Both the position numbers and the translations under genes were made by a program. The notes beneath the pieces were generated by a model. That model had not been told where the DNA came from and searched no databases. It saw nothing but the letters and a program-made list of their open reading frames with translations. Below, in pieces: positions 9,009 through 17,192 of a DNA stretch of 64,000 nt. Position 1 is the stretch's first letter, and each line of letters begins with the position of its first letter. The stretch is from Kofleriaceae bacterium (GTDB taxonomy: Bacteria; Myxococcota_A; Polyangia; Haliangiales; Haliangiaceae): contig CBDCCZ010000005.1 in assembly GCA_965215005.1 (NCBI GenBank), positions 1 to 64,000 of the forward strand, in the 5' to 3' direction.

Positions 9009-12000
9009 TGCTCCACCTCGTTGGGGCCCACTGTGAGACCCCATTCCTTCACGAATTCGCTCAGGTCGTGGCCATTAGCAAACTCAATCCCGTGAACCCG
9101 GAGGCGGACCTCGGCCATCTCATCACCGAGGGCCTCGCGCAGCGTGGCGATGACTTTCTCAAGTTGCTCGGCAGAGAGAACCCCATCCTTCCCGAAGCGC
9201 AAAGAGGCGGTTCGTGTGCCCGTTCCGACCTCGATGCTCAGCTCCGACAAGCGCGCGCCAACGTTCTTTGCGCGAGTCAGGACCTTGAACGTGTCGGGCG
9301 TGCTCTCGGCACCGATGCGCTTTTTGAGCTTGGCCTGCTTGCCAGGCTCGATGTGTATCCCTTGATTACCTGCGGGTGGGATCGTGAAGTTGCGGCGCGC
9401 GGAGACACCGGCATCCTCGGCGTAGCAGTAGATGGTTGTCTCCTCCTGGCCGATCTCGATCGGGCGCTCGTACAGAGTCCCTTCTGCGGGGTTCGCCCCC
9501 GTGAGCGTGTACTTGATGATGCCTCGGGGAACGACTTTGAGCTCGACCGACCGGTTACCCACCCCATCTCTCGGCTGATGCGTAATGGTCAGGCGGTTGG
9601 ACCACACCTTCGGCTCACCGGCATCATACTCGCCGTTGGAATCCTCGGCGACAAACCAGACGCGCGTCGCGTCTGTGGTCAGCTTTGAATCTGTGAGGCG
9701 TGAGTTCTTGGAGGTCACCTTGGGCTGCGTGTCGTAGTAGACCCGCGGTGCTCGGCCGGCGTCGCGAGGCGTCACCTCGATAGTCGCTTCGCCGGTCTCC
9801 TCGTCGTATCCACGCTCTACGAGCACGACATCGGTCTTTGGCTTCTCGAAGGGGCCCTTCTCGATGTAGCCGTCGTCCGTGTACCGCCACGTGCCACGCT
9901 GCTCTGCGAGCTTGCGAAGTTGGTCGAGACCATTCGCGGGAAGCCAGATCCAGCGAGGCGTCGAGAGCGAGCGAGAGCGGATGTCGCGCCACGGAACCCG
10001 CTTCTGGTTTTCCGGCCAGATCAGGTCCTCCGCTCGCTGCACCAGCGACTGGAAGTTCTCCTCGATGTCGAGAACCAGCTTGCTGACACCGGTCTGGACC
10101 AGAGCTTTCTCGATCTGTTCTTCGCCATCGAAGTTGTTGGCAATGAACTGCATCGCGAGCTTGGTAAAGACCAGCCCTTGCTTGCTTGGGTACCAGACGC
10201 GGTTGAAGGTCGATGTCACCGTTGAGTTGAAGTCCTGCTCCGCCGTTTCGTAGCGCTCCTTCAGCTCTTCTTGCTGCGGATGACTTTTTGGTAGCGTTTC
10301 CTGAAGCTTTGCCACCGCATAGAGCATCCGGGTCTTTTCTTCGAGGTTGACGAGGTCGGAACCATCGCCGGTTAGGATGCAGAGGTTGTTCTTGTGGACG
10401 ACCGACTCGTAGAACTTCGCTGCTGCCTCCGGCGGGTGCTTCGTGTCCGGGCTCAGAATCAACAGAACTCGCCCGGCATCGAGACGGACCTCGTCGAGGA
10501 TGGGGAGAGCCTTCAGCTCTTGGTAGGCGTTGCGGCGCTTCGGCTGGAAGATCGCTTCGACGCGACGTCGCATCTCCGTGTCGATCTTGTTCGCGGGCGC
10601 GCGTTCAGCCTCGGTGGAGAGGCGCTTGGTGAGGTTCTCGACGTTGGAGAAATAGTGCGCATCGCTTTCGTCGCGGTGGAGGTACCAGGCCTCACGCCGA
10701 AGATGATCGAATGCCTCGGCGAACTCGAGGACCGAGCGGTTCGGTGCAATGAGGCGTTCCAGCAGGCGCTGCTTGGTGAGCCCCTTGACGCCGTCAACAG
10801 CGGTTGAGAGCGAGGCAGACAGGAGAAGCGTCGCCGCCTGCAGAGCGGCATCGGTACCTGTCTGGGCGTCGATGGTCTCGGCATGGGAGCTTCCGCCGGA
10901 CGCAATATCGGTTGCGATGGCGCCCCGCAGGTCGTTAATGCGCAAGACCTCGTCGCGCACGTCGCTGTCGTTGAGGTCGAGATGCTGTAAGCCAATGAGA
11001 TAGACATCGTTCGTCGAGCGCTGCCAGACGGACTGGATCGCCCTCGCGACGAACTGCATGAGGCCGCGCGTCTGCCGGTAGCCCTCGTTGTTGCGGAAGA
11101 GCGCGATCAGGTCCTTGATCGAGGGGTGGAACGGATACGAGCCGCGGATCTCGTCGGCTATCTGTTCCGTGCTCTTCGCGATCGCTTTGGACTTCTCGGC
11201 TTCCTTGATAGCGGTGGCGTATGCCTGAACGACATCTTCGATGTCGCGTTCGTTGGGGAGCTGCTCAAAGAGACGCTTCTTGAGAATTTGGTAGATCTCG
11301 TCGCCGCCCAGCTCGACTGGAGTGATGGGCTTCGCCTGCCGCTTTGCTTCCTGTTCTACGTTCTTGATGGCCCGGCGGAGGTCCTTGGACGCGCCCTCGT
11401 AACTGCCGCTCAGGTTCGAAACCACAATGCACAGGCGCGGGAGCTTCAGAGCAGCTGAAAACAGGTTCGAGAGGGCTGCCGTGGCGACCTGTGCGAGCGT
11501 GCCGGCACCGACCGAACGGGTGACGGCATAATCGAAATAGGGGGGCAGCTCGTCGAGCAGGATGACGGTGGGCTCCTCGCCGATGAGGTCGAACCATGCG
11601 CGTTCGTCGGGCGCCGACGCCCCATCCTGCCAGTACTTGCGGAACGCTTCGGGCTTGCCGAGCTGGTGGGCAATCTCTCCCCACAGGAAGTGGTCCGGGT
11701 ACTGTCTGCCGCTGAAGGCGACGATCTTCGCCGCACCGAACGGCGATGAAGAGGCGAACTCCGGGATCACGCGCTCACGGAGCTTCACGTCCCGTGCGAC
11801 CAGACCGAACGCGATCATGGTGTGCGTCTTGCCGCCACCCATCGCCTGGGTCAGCTCAAAGACCGCCTGGTCGGAGCGCCCGGCCAACCGTCGCAGGCCA
11901 AGGTCAAAGAGCTGCCGCATTCCCGCGGTGATGTGGTTCTTGGCGAAGAAGTCTTGGCCATCACCAGCGCGACCGATTACGGCCGCGAGATCCTCGATCT

Positions 12001-12067
12001 GTTCGGCCATCGAGTAATCGAGGGCCATCTTGTGCGGGGCACAGGCGTCGCGAACGGTCTTCAGCAC
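9005..12067 (-). CDS. DUF499 AAA-like ATPase of the restriction-like system
   Basis: GTG start after AAGGAG. Walker A QAMGGGKTH, Walker B ILLDE, SYPFHP, QTRGLM; Fn3-like C-terminal region. Confidence 0.9.
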   Translation of the reverse strand: MLKTVRDACAPHKMALDYSMAEQIEDLAAVIGRAGDGQDFFAKNHITAGMRQLFDLGLRRLAGRSDQAVFELTQAMGGGKTHTMIAFGLVARDVKLRERVIPEFASSSPFGAAKIVAFSGRQYPDHFLWGEIAHQLGKPEAFRKYWQDGASAPDERAWFDLIGEEPTVILLDELPPYFDYAVTRSVGAGTLAQVATAALSNLFSAALKLPRLCIVVSNLSGSYEGASKDLRRAIKNVEQEAKRQAKPITPVELGGDEIYQILKKRLFEQLPNERDIEDVVQAYATAIKEAEKSKAIAKSTEQIADEIRGSYPFHPSIKDLIALFRNNEGYRQTRGLMQFVARAIQSVWQRSTNDVYLIGLQHLDLNDSDVRDEVLRINDLRGAIATDIASGGSSHAETIDAQTGTDAALQAATLLLSASLSTAVDGVKGLTKQRLLERLIAPNRSVLEFAEAFDHLRREAWYLHRDESDAHYFSNVENLTKRLSTEAERAPANKIDTEMRRRVEAIFQPKRRNAYQELKALPILDEVRLDAGRVLLILSPDTKHPPEAAAKFYESVVHKNNLCILTGDGSDLVNLEEKTRMLYAVAKLQETLPKSHPQQEELKERYETAEQDFNSTVTSTFNRVWYPSKQGLVFTKLAMQFIANNFDGEEQIEKALVQTGVSKLVLDIEENFQSLVQRAEDLIWPENQKRVPWRDIRSRSLSTPRWIWLPANGLDQLRKLAEQRGTWRYTDDGYIEKGPFEKPKTDVVLVERGYDEETGEATIEVTPRDAGRAPRVYYDTQPKVTSKNSRLTDSKLTTDATRVWFVAEDSNGEYDAGEPKVWSNRLTITHQPRDGVGNRSVELKVVPRGIIKYTLTGANPAEGTLYERPIEIGQEETTIYCYAEDAGVSARRNFTIPPAGNQGIHIEPGKQAKLKKRIGAESTPDTFKVLTRAKNVGARLSELSIEVGTGTRTASLRFGKDGVLSAEQLEKVIATLREALGDEMAEVRLRVHGIEFANGHDLSEFVKEWGLTVGPNEVEQ

Positions 12068-12113
12068 GGGAAGCTCCTTGGCGGAGGGCGGAGGACGGGA
12101 CGTGGGTTGCAGG

Positions 12114-12317
12114 TCATTGCGAGCTCCTTCCGGAGTCGCTGCCCTGCGTGGCCCCGCCGGAGCGGACCCACTCGTCAACCTCCTCGCGTTTGAACTTCCA
12201 AAGGCGCCCAACGCGATGGGCCCGCATGCCCTTCGCGTTGATCCACGTGTAGACCGTGTCCTTGCTTCCGCCGAGGTACTCGGCGATTTCGTCGACTGAT
12301 AGCCAGTGGTCGTCCAT
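12114..12317 (-). CDS. Small excisionase-type HTH protein (MAD1-like regulator) heading the defence operon
   Basis: WLSVDEIAEYLG.SKDTVYTWI...MRAHRVGRLWKFKREEVDEWVRSGG is a typical HTH_17/excisionase pattern. Confidence 0.85.
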   Translation of the reverse strand: MDDHWLSVDEIAEYLGGSKDTVYTWINAKGMRAHRVGRLWKFKREEVDEWVRSGGATQGSDSGRSSQ

Positions 12318-12356
12318 GCGTGCACCCCGGGGTTCGAGTGAGACGAATTGGCGCGC

Positions 12357-12384
12357 ACGATATCACCGGCGTTGCCCGAAACAA
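12357..12384 (-). promoter_or_regulatory. Candidate sigma-70 promoter of the defence operon
   Basis: The minus strand reads TTGTTT-N16-TATCGT with an extended TG, ~40 nt upstream of the HTH start. Confidence 0.35.
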
Positions 12385-12397
12385 CCGGGTCTAGTTG

Positions 12398-12590
12398 GAT
12401 CGAATACACCACCGACGCGGACCTGACTTTCGACCCGCACTTGCTCGCAGAGATCCCGCCCCTCGAACAGGCGCTCGAGGGTGCCGGCTTCTACGGGTCG
12501 AGCAGCGCCATCGGCATCTGGAAGACCCGGCGCCGAACCTCGGCATCGCTCGTCATCGACGTCCAGGTGGGCCTGCTGGTCCCCACGCGG
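12398..12590 (+). pseudogene. Internal fragment of a nucleotidyltransferase-fold (AbiEii-like) gene, truncated at both ends
   Basis: Reads EYTTDADLTFDPHLLAEIPPLEQALEGAGF...GIWK...VQVGLLVP, with a T.D.D motif. It has no start codon or RBS and ends at the IS3 inverted repeat. Confidence 0.45.
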
Positions 12591-12623
12591 AGTTGACCCG
12601 GTTCGGTGGACAGGTTTGGGTGC

Positions 12624-13226
12624 TTAACTTGCTCTCAGCTCGAACTCGATCGGGCTGACGTAGTCGAGGTACGAATGCCGACGCCTGGTGTTGTAGTAGG
12701 TCTCGATGTAGCCGGCAATCTCGATGCGCATTGTTGTGCGGCTCTGAAGCGAGCCTATCGCCAGCAGCTCTTTCTCGAGCGTCGCGAAGTAGCTCTCGGC
12801 GACCGCGCTGTCCCAGCAATCAGCCTTACGACTCATGCTCGACACAATGTTCATGCGCGTTGCACAGAAGTCTCGCGCCACCAGATTCGGCGCGATTCGA
12901 TGACGGTGGCGCGAATCGGTCGTTCGCCGAAATCGGCGCGTAGTGCGGCCACGAAGCCCCTCCTGGCGCATCAGGCGTGCGACTCGTTTACGTCCCACGC
13001 GTCGACCTAGAGCACTCAGCTCGCGATGGATCCGCGGGCTGCCGTAGCGTCCCTTGTGCTCACGATGGATTTCTCGGATGTGTGCGGCAAGCTCGCCGTC
13101 CTGACGCTCGCGCGCCGATGATTCGCCCTTGGCCCAGCGGTAATATCCGCTCCGCGACACGTCCAGGACTCGACACGAAAATGCGACGGGAAACGTGGCC
13201 CTCTCCGCGTGAATCAGCCGAAACAC
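12624..13226 (-). pseudogene. IS3 OrfB transposase with the DDE core largely deleted
   Basis: YGSPRI and SMSRKADCWDSAVAESYF...YYNTRRRHSYL are present. NLVARDFCAT joins directly to RMNIVSSMSRK, so the W..DITY and HSDRGSQY segments are missing. Confidence 0.85.
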
Positions 13227-13228
13227 GG

Positions 13229-13516
13229 CTACTTCACTTCTTTCGCGAAAAGGGCCGCCGCTTTTTTTAACAGCGCGTTTTCCTGCTGCAGCTCACGCAG
13301 CTGACGGCGCATCTGCTCCACGTCCTCGCGCTTTTCCTGAGACTGCGACGCTCCGCCCGTGACCTCCGCGCCGTAGCGCTGATGCCAACGGTGCAGCATG
13401 CTCTGGCTCAATTTGAGTTCGGCCGCGACCTCCGCGATGGTGCGCGTGCCTCGCGCCAGCATCAGACGCACCGCGTCCTTCTTGAACTCTTCCGGGTATT
13501 TTTTTCGGTTTGTCAT
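13229..13516 (-). CDS. IS3 OrfA (HTH) protein
   Basis: RKKYPEEFKKDAVRL...VAAEL...LHRW...ENALLKKAAALFAKE. Confidence 0.88.
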   Translation of the reverse strand: MTNRKKYPEEFKKDAVRLMLARGTRTIAEVAAELKLSQSMLHRWHQRYGAEVTGGASQSQEKREDVEQMRRQLRELQQENALLKKAAALFAKEVK

Positions 13517-13669
13517 CGGTGAACTTCCCGGGACCGTAGTCCCTCTCCGGGTGTCCACCAAATCGGGGCAGCTGCGCGTTGCCGACGCGCCCTCACCTGC
13601 CTCTACATCGCCAGCTACCGCGACGAATCCACGGTAGATCCACGCCGGGTCGCGCGTAGAATCGAGACC

Positions 13670-14707
13670 ATGCTTAGGCTCAGCCTGTCCATCGCCATTC
13701 TCCTTGCTCACACAGCGTGCGGCCATGTCGCGCCGGCCGCGGAGGATGGCGGTGCTGACGAGGGCGATGCTGGCGGCTCCGGCCGCGATGGCGGCTCACC
13801 GGGCTCACCGGGTACGCCGGGTACGCCGGGTACGCCGGGTACGGAGGAAGGGCCGGCGGTGGCAATTTCCTCGGCAAGTGTGGCCGCGGGCGCGACCACG
13901 AGCGTCTCGCTCGCCACCTTCCAGTTCGCCTCCAATCCTCCCGGCGCCAGCGTTCACTGTCGACTCGATGGCGGCGGCCCCTCTGACTGCACCGACGGCT
14001 TCAGCGCCCGCTTCTTATCCGGCGGTATCCATACTCTCGAGGCGTGGGCGCTCGATGGCGATGACAATGCCGGACCGGCAATAACCCGCAGCTGGACGGT
14101 TGAGGCGATCACCACCACCATCGTCGCCTTGCAAACCGGCATGGTCGCCCAGGAGACCTTGGTGACGATTCAATCGCCGCTGGTAACTCTCGACGTGCTA
14201 GGCGCAATCCGGTCGATCTTCGTGCAAGAGCCTACGACCGGCAGGGGCGGTGGCGTTGCCCATACCGGCATCATGACCCGTCCCGCGGGCGAGGAAGCCG
14301 AGATGGCGCCTGGCCTCACAGCCACGGTCACCGGCACCTATATCGAAGACGAGGGCAACTCGCTCATTGCCGCGGCGGTGTACGTGCGCGGCCAGAAGCA
14401 GACGCCGCTGCAGCCCTACTACACCCGCGAAACCGCTGAAGCGTGGGACGAGAAGCTCGAGGGCGTGCTCGTTACCGTCGGCGGTGAGGTGCCAACCTTC
14501 AACTGCTCTTCGGCATGCCCGATGCGAAACGGCGTCTGCATACAAGGGTGCGACGGATGCATTCGGCTGCTCGGCTACATCGACCTCAATCAAAGCGGAA
14601 CCTTCGAGTGGGGCATCTATACCGGCGTGTTGGTCGGCCGGCCCAACAGCGGCAACGACCTGTGGTTCACTGCCTCCGAGAAAGCAGGCGACGACGTTTG
14701 CCTGTAA
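13670..14707 (+). CDS. Putative lipoprotein with G-x-P linker, Ig-like domain and OB-fold-like region
   Basis: Signal peptide ending HTAC. Ig-like FQFASN...CRLDGG...HTLEAWALD; IFVQE...TVTGTY.E and EKLEGVLVTV resemble the OB domains of extracellular nucleases. Confidence 0.6.
   Translation: MLRLSLSIAILLAHTACGHVAPAAEDGGADEGDAGGSGRDGGSPGSPGTPGTPGTPGTEEGPAVAISSASVAAGATTSVSLATFQFASNPPGASVHCRLDGGGPSDCTDGFSARFLSGGIHTLEAWALDGDDNAGPAITRSWTVEAITTTIVALQTGMVAQETLVTIQSPLVTLDVLGAIRSIFVQEPTTGRGGGVAHTGIMTRPAGEEAEMAPGLTATVTGTYIEDEGNSLIAAAVYVRGQKQTPLQPYYTRETAEAWDEKLEGVLVTVGGEVPTFNCSSACPMRNGVCIQGCDGCIRLLGYIDLNQSGTFEWGIYTGVLVGRPNSGNDLWFTASEKAGDDVCL
13792..13843 (+). repeat. 9-bp tandem repeat (CCGGGTACG / CCGGGCTCA) encoding GSP/GTP units
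   Basis: ggctcacc gggctcaccg ggtacgccgg gtacgccggg tacgccgggt acg. Confidence 0.85.
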
Positions 14708-14736
14708 CGCCGCGCCGTTCCCTCCGCGCCTGCCTC

Positions 14737-15504
14737 TCAAGCGAAGGTGGCGAGGATCGGCGCGTGGTCCGACGGTAGCTTGCCTTTGCGCGCCTGCCGA
14801 TCGATCGCCGCCTCGGTGCAGCGCGCGGCGAGCGGCTCGGTAACGTAAATCATGTCGATCCGCAGCCCGCGTCCCTTGGCGAACGCGAGCATGCGGTAGT
14901 CCCACCAGCTGTACATTCCGGCTTGATCGTGGTGCTTGCGCAGCGTGTCGCAGAGCCCCCACTCGACCAGCTGCGCGAGGGCCTGCCGCTCTTCATCGCT
15001 GCAGTGAATCTTGCCGGCCCAGCCGACGGGGTCGTAGCAATCGCGATCGTCGGGGGCGACGTTGAAGTCGCCGCACAGGACCAGCGGCGCAGACGGCTCG
15101 CTAGTGGACTCGAGGTAGCGGCGCAGCCGCGCCAACCACTCGAGCTTGTAAGCGAACTTGTCTGACCCCAGGGATTGGCCATTGGGCACGTAAACGCACA
15201 TCACGCGCACCCCGTCTACCGTGGCGGCGATGAGGCGCGATTGCGTGTCGTCACCGCCGTCGCCAAAGCCGATGCGAACGTCGTGCAGCGGCTGCCGCGC
15301 GAGGATGGCGACGCCGTTGTAGCCGCGCTGGCCGTGAATCGCAGCGCCGTAGCCGAGGGCTTGCAGCTCGGCCACCGGAAATTGCTCATCGGGGACCTTC
15401 GTCTCCTGCAGGCACACCACATCGGGCTGGTGCTCCTCGAGCCAAGTGAGCACGCGCTGCTGGCGAGCGCGTATCGAGTTGACGTTCCAGCTGGCGAGCT
15501 TCAT
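14737..15504 (-). CDS. xth: Exodeoxyribonuclease III
   Basis: SWNVNSIR, CLQETK, YVPNG, GDFNVAP, YSWWDYR, GLRID, SDHAP. Confidence 0.95.
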   Translation of the reverse strand: MKLASWNVNSIRARQQRVLTWLEEHQPDVVCLQETKVPDEQFPVAELQALGYGAAIHGQRGYNGVAILARQPLHDVRIGFGDGGDDTQSRLIAATVDGVRVMCVYVPNGQSLGSDKFAYKLEWLARLRRYLESTSEPSAPLVLCGDFNVAPDDRDCYDPVGWAGKIHCSDEERQALAQLVEWGLCDTLRKHHDQAGMYSWWDYRMLAFAKGRGLRIDMIYVTEPLAARCTEAAIDRQARKGKLPSDHAPILATFA

Positions 15505-15576
15505 GCGACCGCCACGATAAGCAACGCGAGCGCCGGCGCAAGCACGCGACCGCACAAGCCGCCGGCAACCCCTGCT

Positions 15577-16401
15577 TTAGCGGCGCGCCTCGAGCTCGCG
15601 CCGCAGCCGCACACTGCTGTCGCTAGCCGCGGCCGAGCGGCCCGCCGCCTCGCGCTCCGCAAGAATGCGCCAGCCGCGCCACAACCGACCAATCGCCGTA
15701 GCGGTCGAGGTGACGCCACACGCCAGAAGCGCCACGCCAATGACCGTGACGCCGTAGTCGGCCGTGCCCGGGGCGGCGTCGAAGAAGGCGGTGAGCAGCG
15801 TACCCACCGAAATCAGCGCGATGCGCTCGGCCCGTTGCATCATGCCGCCCTCGATCACGACGCCGAGCGCCTCACCGCGGGCGCGGGTGTAGCTAACCAT
15901 CATCGAGCCAGCGATGCCGAGCATCACCGCCGCCAGCCAGCCGGTATCGCGCAGAAACCAAGCGAACCCGGTGAAGACCAGCAGCTCGCCCCAGCGATCA
16001 AGCACCGAATCCAAGAACGCGCCCGACTTGCTGCTTTGACCGGTGGCGCGAGCCAGGCGACCATCGAGCAGGTCCAAGAGCCCGGCCAGGATGTAGACCC
16101 AGCCGGCCGTGGCCATGTGATTGGTGGCAATCGCAGCACCGGCCACCGCGCAGGCAACCAGCGAGGCCGTGGTGACGGCGTTCGGCGAAATCCGCCCGAC
16201 CACGAGCCGCTCGAATGGCCCCAATAGCCAATACATGAAGCGAACCCAGAACGGCCCGAAGAAGTCAGTAGACTTGCGACGATCCGCGCCTTCGATTAAC
16301 GGGGTTCGGCCGGTAATGCACAGGAACGAATAATAGGTGAAGCTGGCGAGCATGAGCGCCGACAGCACCAACGCAGGAGCAATTACATAGAGCCGTTCCA
16401 C
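15577..16401 (-). CDS. CDP-alcohol phosphatidyltransferase, phosphatidylinositol(-phosphate) synthase-like
   Basis: SPNAVT, D..DG.LAR...GAFLDSVLDR, VSYTRARGE, MQRAERI. Confidence 0.8.
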   Translation of the reverse strand: MERLYVIAPALVLSALMLASFTYYSFLCITGRTPLIEGADRRKSTDFFGPFWVRFMYWLLGPFERLVVGRISPNAVTTASLVACAVAGAAIATNHMATAGWVYILAGLLDLLDGRLARATGQSSKSGAFLDSVLDRWGELLVFTGFAWFLRDTGWLAAVMLGIAGSMMVSYTRARGEALGVVIEGGMMQRAERIALISVGTLLTAFFDAAPGTADYGVTVIGVALLACGVTSTATAIGRLWRGWRILAEREAAGRSAAASDSSVRLRRELEARR

Positions 16402-16636
16402 AGAAAATCTCCCAGATTACGCCGGCTTGCCGGTCGCACGTCCGTGTCAGCTGCTTACCACTGTCGGGGCCGTAGGGCCAATCCCAACCAGGAGGATCAG
16501 GTGTGTTCACGACACGGAGACCGGTTTGCCTCATCGCCAGTGTAGGCTGCTGGTGTCCCCCTGTGTGAGCGAAGTGAGGTGGCGCATGAGAAGTGCCGCG
16601 ATTCCAGGGCTTTCCATGGTGTAGGATGTGGCGACC

Positions 16637-17128
16637 ATGCGTCATCACGCCACCACGTTGGTCGCTCGCCTGGTGGCCACGGCCGGCGGCGCCGGGTATG
16701 CCCCGTTTGCTCCCGGCACCTGCGGAACCGCCGTCGCGGTGCCGCTCGCCTGGGCGCTGGCGTCGACGTCGGTGTGGGCGTTTGCCGCCGTCATCGCGGT
16801 GGTCACGGCACTCGGCATATGGGCCGCGGGCGTCGCTGACCAATCGTGGGGCACCCATGACTCCGGGCGCATCGTTATCGACGAGGTCGCGGGTTATCTG
16901 GCCACGGTCGCGCTGGTGGATCGCTCGAGCCTGCCGATTTTGCTGATCGGTTTCGTGGTGTTTCGCGTGCTCGACATCCTCAAGCCGCCACCGGTGCGAT
17001 GGATTGATCGCCACGTCGCCGGCGGGGCCGGGGTGGTGCTCGACGACGTCGCCGCCGGCATCATCGGCTGCGCATTGATGGTCGCGCTCGACCGCCTGGT
17101 GTTGCGCACCGGCCTGCTACCTCTATAG
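16637..17128 (+). CDS. pgpA: Phosphatidylglycerophosphatase A
   Basis: APGTCGT, HDSGRIVIDEVAG, FRVLDILKP, GVVLDDVAAG. Confidence 0.93.
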   Translation: MRHHATTLVARLVATAGGAGYAPFAPGTCGTAVAVPLAWALASTSVWAFAAVIAVVTALGIWAAGVADQSWGTHDSGRIVIDEVAGYLATVALVDRSSLPILLIGFVVFRVLDILKPPPVRWIDRHVAGGAGVVLDDVAAGIIGCALMVALDRLVLRTGLLPL

Positions 17129-17192
17129 AAGGTGGCCGCGGGCACTCACAAAGCGCGCACTGAGCGCCGCTCATCGGCGGTATAGTTGCCCG

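Larger units (their letters stand above)
12591..13573 (-). mobile_element. IS3-family insertion sequence, internally deleted (probably non-autonomous)
   Basis: Imperfect 22-bp IRs AGTTGACCCGGTTCGGTGGACA (12591-12612) and, reverse-complemented, AGCTGCCCCGATTTGGTGGACA (13552-13573). OrfA and OrfB present; A7G slippery site at 13261-13268. Confidence 0.9.
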
